DNA of 12,257 nucleotides from Octopus sinensis (Eukaryota): NCBI RefSeq assembly GCF_006345805.1, contig NW_021826630.1, positions 1 to 12,257 of the forward strand, read 5' to 3'. Shown piece by piece: positions 1 to 9,980 of this stretch (position 1 is its first letter; each line of letters starts with the position of its first letter). The notes under the pieces were generated by a model. It saw only the letters and a program-made list of their open reading frames with translations, ran no database searches and was not told where the DNA came from. The position numbers and the translations under genes were made by a program.

Positions 1-10
1 TTATAATAAG

Positions 11-213
11 AATATATATATATATATATATATAATATATATATATATACGACAGGCTTCTTTCAGTTTCCGTCTACCAAATCCACTCACAAGGCTTTGG
101 CCGGCCCGAGGCTATAGTAGAAGACACTTGCCCAAGGTGCCACGCAGTGGGACTGAACCCAGAACCATGTGGTTGGTTAGCAAGCTACTTACCACACAGC
201 CACTCCTGCGCCT
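11..213 (-). mobile_element. tRNA-derived SINE family A, 5' half plus internal (AT)n
   Basis: The reverse complement begins AGGCGCAGGAGTGGCTGTGTGGTAAG (A box) and contains GGTTCAGTCCC (B box). Near-identical to 6140-6310 and to the reverse complement of 10414-10570. Confidence 0.9.
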
Positions 214-261
214 GCAGTAGCAACATTGAAATATTTATAGATTCCAGCCATTGATCATCAA

Positions 262-294
<33 letters not shown>

Positions 295-296
<2 letters not shown>

Positions 297-381
297 AGGC
301 GCAATGGCCCAGTGGTTAGGGCAGCGGACTCGCGGTCGTAAGATCGCGGTTTCGATTCCCAGACCGGGCGTTTGTGAGTGT
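295..381 (+). mobile_element. tRNA-derived SINE family C head, 3'-truncated
   Basis: TGGCCCAGTGG (A box) and GGTTTCGATTCCC (B box), then AGACCGGGCG. The same sequence recurs at 8503-8540. Confidence 0.8.
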
Positions 382-642
382 ATATATATGGTAAATGAAA
401 AAACACAAGACGAATATATGAGAATTTATTATTTAATCACGACAGTTGCTTTGACACATCTAGAATCGATCCCTCACGGGTGGAACTCTTAACAACTGGG
501 TCAGGAGCAACCAGCAGTGTAGGTGTGTCTCATCAGGTGATAAATGGTACAACTCATTAAAATAACACTTCCATAATTTATCTTCTTATTTCGTAGAAGG
601 AACAAAAAAACAGCAAAGTGGTGGAAATATATTCATTCAACT

Positions 643-879
643 ATATAATAAAGGCGGCGAGCTGGCAGACACGTTAGCACGCCGGGCGAAATGCGTAGCC
701 GTATTTCGTCTGCCGTTACGTTCTGAGTTCAAATTCCGCCGGGTCGACTTTACCTTTCATCCTTTCGGGTCGATAAATAAAGTACCAGTTCCGCAACTGG
801 GTCGTTGTAATCGACTTAATCCTTTGTCTGTCCTTGTTTGTCCCCTCTGTGTTTAGCTCCTTGTGGGCAGTAAAGAAAC
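643..879 (+). mobile_element. Full-length SINE family B with 16-bp target-site duplication
   Basis: Head GGCGGCGAGCTGGCAGA, B-box-like GAGTTCAAATTCC, tail ending TAAAGAAA. Exact direct repeat ATATATTCATTCAACT at 627-642 and 880-895. Confidence 0.9.
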
Positions 880-1005
880 ATATATTCATTCAACTTTTAA
901 ATTCAGAAAAATCTGCTTTATAGTTTTTAACTAGTTTTATATAGATTTTACAGATGTGGTGGGGGAGCGGGGTGTTGTGTATGTATGTGTTAATATATGT
1001 ATCTT

Positions 1006-1822
1006 CTGGCAGAAACGTTAGCACGCCGGGCGAAATGCGTTGCCGTATTTCGTCTGTCGTTACGTTCCGAGTTCAAATTCCGCCGAGGTCGACTTTGCCT
1101 TTCATCCTCTCGGGGTCGATAAATTAAGTACCAGTTACGCACTGGGGTCGATGTAATCGACTTATTTCCTTTGTCTGTCCTTGTTTGTCCCCTCTGTGTT
1201 TAGCCCCTTGTGGGTAATAAAGAATACGTAATCGACTTATTTCCTTTGTCTGTCCTTGTTTGTCCCCTCTGTGTTTAGCCCTTTGGGGTAATAAAGAAAT
1301 ACGTATTTCGTCTGTCGTACGTTCCGAGTTCAATTCCGCCGAGGTCGACTTTGCCTTCATCCTCTCGGGGTCGATAAAATAAGTACCAGTTTTGCACTGG
1401 GCTCGATGTAATCGACTTATTTCCTTGTCTGTCCTTGTTTGTTGCCCCTCTGCGTTTAGCCCCTTGTGGGTAGTAAAGAAATACGTAATCGACTTATTTC
1501 CTTTGTCTGTCCTTGTTTGTCCCCTCTGTGTTTAGCCCCTTGTGGGTAATAAAGAAATACGTAATCGACTTATTTCCTTTGTCTGTCCTTGTTTGTCCCC
1601 TCTGTGTTTAGCCCTTTGTGGGTAATAAAGAAATACGTATTTCGTCTGTCGTTACGTTCCGAGTTCAAATTCCGCCGAGGTCGACTTTGCCTTTCATCCT
1701 CTCGGGGTCGATAAAATAAGTACCAGTTTCGCACTGGGGTCGATGTAATCGACTTATTTCCTTTGTCTGTCCTTGTTTGTTACCCCCTCTGCGTTTAGCC
1801 CCTTGTGGGTAGTAAAGAAATA
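1006..1822 (+). mobile_element. Tandem multimer of SINE family B (near-full copy, short 3' units and 5'-truncated copies)
   Basis: Units at 1006-1226, 1227-1301 (short), 1302-1483 (long), 1484-1559 (short), 1560-1635 (short) and 1636-1822 (long). All match 660-878. Confidence 0.9.
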
Positions 1823-1901
1823 AATATATGCGTCTTCTGATTTCAGGGAAAAGGTTTCTTTTGAAAACAAGCGAGCAACAATATCAAGGCCACAGTAAGG
1901 A

Positions 1902-2068
1902 ATGAAGTACCAGACGGAGATGAGGAACGTTCTTTTCAGAAGTCTTTTTGTTTGTCTCATCGTATTAGTCCTCTCTCTGCACTTGTGCAGTTCTGTAGAG
2001 CCACACATCCATGACAAGGTTCTGCATAAAATCAACTCAGAGTGTCTAAACAGCAACAAAACTGTTAG
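1902..2068 (+). CDS. PLA2 coding exon 1: signal peptide and start of propeptide ([56 protein letters not shown])
   Basis: Acceptor tttcag ends at 1846. An in-frame TAA at 1896-1898 lies just before ATG 1902, with a second ATG at 1920. Hydrophobic core [12 protein letters not shown] is followed by small residues (CSS). Donor AG|gtaaag at 2069 is phase 2, matching the next exon. Confidence 0.85.
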
Positions 2069-2265
2069 GTAAAGTCCATTTGATTTCGTCATCATCATCA
2101 TCATCATCATCATCAACCATCCTCATCATCATCATCATCATCCTCATCATCATCATCATCCTCATCATCATCATCATCATCCTCATCATCATCATCATCC
2201 TCATCATCATCATCATCCTCATCATCATCATAGGCATCATCATCATCATCATCATCATCATCAAC

Positions 2266-2309
<44 letters not shown>

Positions 2310-2489
2310 ACCATCCTCATCATCATCATCATCATCATCATCATCAACCATCCTCATCATCATCATAGGCATCATCATCATCATCATCATCATCATCAAC
2401 CATCCTCATCATCATCATCATCATCATCATCATCAACCATCCTCATCATCATCATAGGCATCATCATCATCATCATCATCATCATCAAC

Positions 2490-2539
<50 letters not shown>

Positions 2540-2638
2540 ACCATCCTCATCATCATCATCATCATCATCATCATCAACCATCCTCATCATCATCATCATC
2601 ATCATCATCCTCATCATCATCATCATCATCAACCATCC

Positions 2639-2674
<36 letters not shown>

Positions 2675-2676
2675 AC

Positions 2677-2708
<32 letters not shown>

Positions 2709-2741
2709 ACCATCCTCATCATCATCATCATCATCATCAAC

Positions 2742-2779
<38 letters not shown>

Positions 2780-2785
2780 CCATCC

Positions 2786-2830
<45 letters not shown>

Positions 2831-2877
2831 ACCATCCTCATCATTATCATCATCATCATCATCATCATCAACCATCC

Positions 2878-2916
<39 letters not shown>

Positions 2917-2957
2917 ACCATCCTCATCATCATCATCATCATCATCATCAACCATCC

Positions 2958-3000
<43 letters not shown>

Positions 3001-4616
3001 CTTCATATAGCATCTGTTTTCTATGCCAGCATAAGTTGGACAGTTTGACAGGGCTGGCCAGCCAGAGAGCTGCACCAGGCTTCAAAATTTAGACAAAATT
3101 CCTGGGGTCAGATTAAATTGACCCTGCTCACCATAAAACATCTACCATTGTGGCTATGTCAATTCAATCCTTTTAATTTAATCTTAACAATCTTTCCATG
3201 ACCTCTACTTCAGATAGGATGACTTCTAATTTTTATCTCATTCATTAAAATCATGTTGTTGTTGTTGTTATTGGTATGGTGGTATGGTGGTGTGTGGTAT
3301 TATGGTGTGTGGTATGGTGGTGTGTGGTATGATGGTGTGTGGTATGGTGGTATGTGGTATGGTGGTATGTGGTATGGTGGTGTGTGGTATGGTGGTATGT
3401 GGTATGGTGGTGTGTGGTATGGTGGTGTGTGGTATGGTGGTGTGTGGTATGGTGGTATGTGGTATGGTGGTGTGTGGTATGGTGTTATGTGGTATGATGG
3501 TGTGTGGTATGGTGGTATGTGGTATGGTGGTGTGTGGTATGGTGGTGTGTGGTATGATGGTGTGTGGTATGGTGGTATGTGGTATGGTGGTGTATGGTAT
3601 GGTGGTAATGTAGTATGGTGGTGTGTGGTATGGTGTGTGTGGTATGATGGTGTTGTGGTATGGTGGTATGTGGTATGGTGTTGTGTGGTATGATGGTGTG
3701 TGTTATGGTGGTATGTGGTATGGTGGTGTTGTGGTATGGTGGTGTGTGGTATGATGGTGTGTGGTATGGTGTGTGTGTTATGATGGTATGTGGTATGGTG
3801 GTATGTGGTATGGTGGTGTGTGGTATGATGGTGTGTGGTATGGTGGTATGTGGTATGGTGGTGTGTGGTATGGTGGTGTGTGGTATGATGGTGTGTGGTA
3901 TGGTGGTGTGTGGTATGATGGTATGTGGTATGGTGGTATGTGGTATGGTGGTGTGTGGTATGGTGGTGTGTGGTATGGTGGTATGTGGTATGATGGTGTG
4001 TGGTATGGTGGTATGTGGTATGGTGGTGTGTGGTATGGTGGTGTGTGGTATGGTGGTATGTGGTATGGTGGTGTGTGGTATGGTGGTGTGTGGTATTAGT
4101 ATAGCGCTCAGGAATAGAAAAAGTCTTTTACGCTTCGAGCCTACGCTCTTCTACAGAAAGGTACACAGGAGAGAAACAAGGAGAGAGAAAATGTGTGTAG
4201 TAGCTAACGATCTATCTTTTCCGTGTACCTTTCTGTCGAAGAGCGTAGGCTCGAAACGTAAAAGACTTTTTCTATTCCTGAGCACTATACTAATACATCT
4301 GTTTGTTTGTACACCACCTGCCTTCGTCTTTTGTTTATTTTCGTAAACTTTCCCTTTATATATATATATAAATAACATATATAATATACATGTATGTATC
4401 TATTCTCTCCTTACAGTAAGGCATCCATACCTAGTATCTTCGAGTCATTTACAACGTCATTATTTGAAGATTTACTAGGCAGAAAATCAAGCCGAAAGAA
4501 AAGGAGTATTATGAAGAGATATAAGAGAAATGTGGGATTGATTTTCCCAGGTAAGTGTTTACATATTTATGTGTAGGGGCATGTGTGTGTGTGTGTGTGT
4601 GCGTGTGTGTGTGTGG

Positions 4617-4682
<66 letters not shown>

Positions 4683-5006
4683 CTACTCGTACTTAATTTT
4701 TGAAGCTCTGGTGAAGCTTGCATGATACACAAGTACTAAGCTATGAATGTGTTGCTTCATAGCAGAAACAGATGTAAGCCAATGAAGCTCACAATACAAT
4801 TTCTTTTCTTTTATTCCTTTGTTATTTTAATTTTTTATATATTTATATAGATATATTGCTCCCCAACCACACAGCCCCAAGTTCAGTCCCATAGAGTTGC
4901 ACCTAGGACAAGTGTCTTCTAATACAGCCTTGGGCTGACCAAATCCTTGTGAGTGAATTTGATAGAGGGAAAATTAAAGAATCCCATCATACATATATAT
5001 ACATAC

Positions 5007-5057
<51 letters not shown>

Positions 5058-8000
5058 GGATTGGTGCATTATTATTGCGGCTTTTTCTCAACAAATTTTA
5101 TTCAACAATAAACAATATTTAACAAAAACCTCTTTAAATGGCGGTCTGACCGTCTGCCAAGCAAATGGGAAGCAGTAATTGAAGTAGATGGTGAATATAC
5201 TCCGGAATATTCATTTTAAAATGTTTTTACTACAAGTTGTTATTGTTTTTGTTGACTAAAATTTGTTGGAAAAAAGCCGCAATAACTATTCACCAGCCCA
5301 ATGTATACAGGGTGCGGTGAATAAATTGTCGTCTAGATTATGCAAAAAGGAAAATAATACTAGAAATTAATTGCTATCGCCATATTAATACGGCATTCTT
5401 ATAGATATAAGAATAATCGCTGCTGCTGGTCAGCTCCATGAGGCCACCACCTTAAGATAGCTATTGATACACGATCTGTATCCATTATAACTATCTTAAG
5501 GCGGTGGCCTCATGGAGCTGACCAGCGGCAGCGATTATTCTTATATCTATAAGAATGCCATATTAATATGGCGATAACAATTAATTTCCAGTAAACGCTG
5601 TCGTAATTTCTTTTATAGAGACTTAGTAATTTTAATATTTCTATTATTGAAAATAATACTGACATCTCATTTTAGCAGATATATTTACCAAAATTACATA
5701 AAAATATATTGAAATACTTAAGAGTAAATTTATTCAATAAAATCGCCATTGACTTCAACCAAGGCCTCCAGACGATTCGTGTAAGTTGAACCATGTAAAA
5801 TGTTAGAGAAAGAAACCCAGCTGTTTCAATACATACTAATACATTCACCATCGAAAGCAAAATTGTTTCAGAGACCCTTAAATTACTCTCTCTCTCTTTA
5901 CTCTTTTACTTGTTTCAGTCATTTGACTGCGGCCATGCTGGAGCACCGCCTTTAGTCGAGCAAATCGACCCCGGGACTTATTATTCTTTGTAAGCCCAGT
6001 ACTTATTCTATCGGTGTCTTTTGCCGAACCGCTAAGTGACGGGGACGTAAACATACCAGCATCGGTTGTCAAGCAACGCTAGAGGGACAAACACAGACAC
6101 ACAAACATATACACACACATACATATACACATATATACATATATACGACAGGCTTCTTTCAGTTTCCGTCTACCAAATCCACTCACAAGGCTTTGGTCAG
6201 CCGGAGGCTATAGCAGAAGACACTTTCCCAAGGTGCCACACAGTGGGACTGAACCCAGAACCATGTGGTTGGTTAGCAAGCTACTTACCACACAGCCACT
6301 CCTGCGCCTATTGTTGTGGTTTCCCCAATTTACTATTTACTATTTACTATTGCATGTACCCCCAAAAATCTGACATGGACCATCAGGGGCCATAAGGATC
6401 CAGGTTGAGAAGCACTGGTATAAAGATTCCAAGAAGCCAAGAACCCTCAATGCATGAATCTGCTTTCAGTGGCGAAAAGGCTACGCCGGTCGCCCAACAG
6501 AGGGGTTGAGGCGACCAAAAACTGACTGCACTTCAGCTTTTTCTCTTTTCTTCCTTATGCATTTACCTCATAGGTAAACTCATAGGTGAAGCTGCATGGC
6601 TCAGTGGTTAGAGTGTCGGACTCACAATCATGAGGTTGTGAGTTCGATTCTCGGACTGAGCTGCGTGTTGTGTTCTTGAGCAAGACACGTTATTTCATTC
6701 TCCTCCAGTTCACCCGTCTGTAGAAATGGGTTGCAACGTCTCTAGTGCCAAGCTGTATCGGTCTTTGCTTTTCCCGTCGTCGTCGTCGTCATCATTGTTG
6801 TTGTTGGTGGTGGTGGTGGTGTTGTTGTTGTTGTTGTTGTTGTTGTTGTGTTGTTGTTGCTGCTGCTGCTGTTGTTGTTGTTGTTGTTGACTCCACCACC
6901 ATCAGCTCTATTACCAATGCCGTTGCCGCTTCTACTGCTTCCACTAACCGCAACCACCACCATACCACCACCACCACCACCACCACCACCACTACCCACC
7001 AGTACTACCACCGTTGCCATTGAGGTTGTCACTACCAGTGGTCTGTGTGTGTGTGTGTGTGTGTGCATGTGTGTATGTGTGTATGTGTGTGAGAGCCTCT
7101 GTGTGTATGTGTGTCTGTGTGTACGTGTGTGTGCGTGTGTGTGTGTGCATGTGTGTATGTGTATACGTGTGTGTGTGTATGTGTGTCGGTGTGTGAGTGC
7201 TTGTGTGTGTATGTGTGTACGTGTGTGTGTGTTTATGTGTGTGTATGTGTGTCTGTGTGTGAGTGCTTGTGTGTGTATGTGTGTACGTGTGTGTGTGTGT
7301 TTATGTGTGTGTATGTGTGTCTGTGTGTGAGTGCTTGTGTGTGTATGTGTGTACGTGTGTGTGTGTGTTTATGTGTGTGAGTGTGTGTCTGTGTGTGAGT
7401 GCCTGTGTGTGTGTGTGTGTACGTGTGTGTGTGTATGTGTGTGTACGTGTGTCTGTGTGTGAGTGCCTGTGTGTGTATGTGTGTACGTGTGTGTGTGTAT
7501 GTGTGTACGTGTGTCTGTGTGTGTGAGTGTGCGTTGTGTGTGTGAGTGCCTGTGTGTGTATGTGTGTACGTGTGAGTGTGTGTGTGTTTATGTGAGTGAG
7601 TGTGTGTGTGTGTGTGTGTGTTTGATGGCTTTAGTCATGGTTCGCTTCTTCGGCAATTTTCTCCGTAACTGAATATGCAGCGCTGTTGACTCTTCCTTCA
7701 TTTCTCTGCCAGGTACAAAATGGTGCGGCATAAACAATAACGCTGCAAATTACTCCGACTTGGGCGTTAGCGTGCATACAGACAAATGCTGTCGTGAACA
7801 CGACCAATGTCCTAGATATATTCTGGCTGGAAAAGAGAACTATGGACTTCAAAATCAGGATACGTTCACCAGGTAATTATTTTATCAACAAGTATGTTGT
7901 CGGCTTGCGATGAAACACATACATCCACACACACACGTACACACGTACACACACGCACGCACGCACGCTCGCACACACGCACACACACACACACACACCA

Positions 8001-8304
8001 CACACACACACACGTACACATACACACACGCGCGCGCGCGCACGCACACACACACACAGAGCACGCACGCACACACACCACACACACACGTACACCCACA
8101 CACACACACGTACACACACACACACACACGTACACACACACACGCGCACGCACGCACGCACACACACACACACACAGAGCACGCACGCACACACACACAC
8201 ACACACACGTACACACACACACACGTACACGTACACACACACACACGTACACACACGCACGCTCTCACACACACACGTACACACACACACACACACACAC
8301 ACAC

Positions 8305-8341
<37 letters not shown>

Positions 8342-9407
8342 TCCAAACCAAAATTTGCATTTCGTTTCAGAATCTCCGAAGAAGATAGAAGTTGGTGCAC
8401 GAGCATTCGACTCTTAATGTTCTGCTACCTGTAGCAGAAACAGTCGAATATCATAGTTTCCTGTTCCAATATCATTTATTTAATTTGTGTGACCATGTGT
8501 AGGATCACGGTTTCGATTCCCAGACCGGGCGTTGTGAGTGTTTATTGAGCGAAAACACCTAAAAAGGCTCCACGAGGCTCCGGCAGAGGTTGGTGGCGAT
8601 CCCTGCTGTACTCTTTCGCCGCAACTTTCTCTCACTCTTTCTTCTGTTGGCCTGCTGGCTTAGCCAGCGGGGTGGTGTCATTTGAAGGCTAAAACAATGC
8701 AAAGCACATTGTGACCAGCGATGTGTAGCAACATCTGATAGCCTGGTCGGTCACGTGATCACGTGATATGTAGTATATATAATAATTTTGCACACAAAAT
8801 GATTTTCAGGCATTTAGTCCACGGTAAGGGCAACTGAAAAAATAATTTTGTTATGCCAAAACTATTACATTTGAATGTTACCCTAGAATACTTTGTCGGA
8901 TATTTGTGAATATTCTTTATAAATTTTTCTTGAAACTATTTTGGTCCAGAGTTGTGATAAACCTTATACATTAGTTTTCAAGTGAGCAGCCAAATTTATT
9001 TCACTGCTTCCGTGGCTGAACGGAACAAAGTCCTTAAGTATCGAAACCAGTTAGTGAAATCTCTCTCTCTCTTCCACCTTTGGCCATCGTTGGTGGCTTG
9101 CCTTACTGAGGCATCAGATGATGTCCGGGTACTTGACTGTTCCAACGCCTTTTTACTGTCCAGGGAAGTGTACACAGAATGACTCATCGGAAGAATTCAT
9201 GGAGTGACGAGTAGCAATTAGTAGTAGTAACAGTCATTAACTGCTGGTCGAAGTGGTAAGCCGTTAACTGGAACTTAACTGAGAACTTATACGAAATCTA
9301 CCAGGATACTTTGTGTATGTGTGTGTGTATGCGTGTGTGTGTGTGGTGTGTGTGTGTTCATCTATACATATATATATATATGTGTGTGTACGTGTGTTCA
9401 TCTATAC

Positions 9408-9454
<47 letters not shown>

Positions 9455-9935
9455 TGTGTATGTCCATCAATACATATATGTGTGTGTGTGTGTGTGTTCA
9501 TCTATACATATATATGTGTGTGTGTGTGTCCATCTATACATATATATGTGTGTGTGTGTTCATCTATACATATATATATGTGTGTGTGTGTGTGTATGTG
9601 TGTGTGTATGTCCATCTATATATATGTGTGTGTGTGTGTGTTCATCTATACATATATGTGTGTGTGTCCATCTATACATATATATATGTGTGTGTGTGTG
9701 TGTGTGTTCATCTATACATATATATATATATGTGTGTGTGTGTGTATGTGTATGTATGTCCATCTATACATATATATATATGTGTGTGTGTGTGTGTTCA
9801 TCTATACATATATATATATGTGTGTGTGCGTGTGTGTGTTCATCTATACATATATATATATATGTGTGTGTGTGTGTTCATCTATACATATATATATATG
9901 TGTGTGTGTATGTGTGTGTGTATGTCCATCTATAC

Positions 9936-9980
<45 letters not shown>

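Noticed and set aside
295-360. tRNA-like cloverleaf heads (also 660-740, 6240-6310, 6590-6660, 10414-10470)
   Set aside because: No complete acceptor stems, and they continue into SINE bodies; not tRNA genes.
1006-1822. Regular repeat array superficially like CRISPR
   Set aside because: Units are SINE fragments with no unique spacers, in eukaryotic intron context.
1754-2457. Poly-M/D/H/I/S ORFs
   Set aside because: Translations of the ATC microsatellite. The minus-strand 120-aa ORF is antisense to the real signal-peptide exon.
3253-4346. GGVWY / MVVCG repeat proteins resembling Gly/Tyr-rich structural proteins
   Set aside because: Several frames are open only because of the 15-bp period. 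There are no splice signals or unique domain, and the repeat lies inside a PLA2 intron.
4705-4779. Possible hammerhead GCU-CUGGUGA...GAAAC-AGAU-GUA-AGC, sharing 14 nt with the 11900 motif
   Set aside because: A6G core change, 3-bp stem I and a 50-nt poorly defined stem II; at best a fossil.
5306-5880. Possible Tc1-like element from TA|CAGGGTG to ACCCT|TA enclosing the big palindrome
   Set aside because: The two ends match only patchily and no transposase remnant is recognisable.
6742-8434. Poly-Cys/Val, His/Thr, Pro and Gln ORFs
   Set aside because: Translations of microsatellites.
8371-8448. Cryptic in-phase exon after a tttcag acceptor, with a stop at 8432-8434; also a small hairpin at 8405-8448
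   Set aside because: No convincing donor or poly(A) signal and no homology. The hairpin is too short for a pre-miRNA.
8982-9187. Overlapping 66-aa and 63-aa ORFs in non-repetitive intron sequence
   Set aside because: No recognisable motif and no splice sites compatible with the gene.
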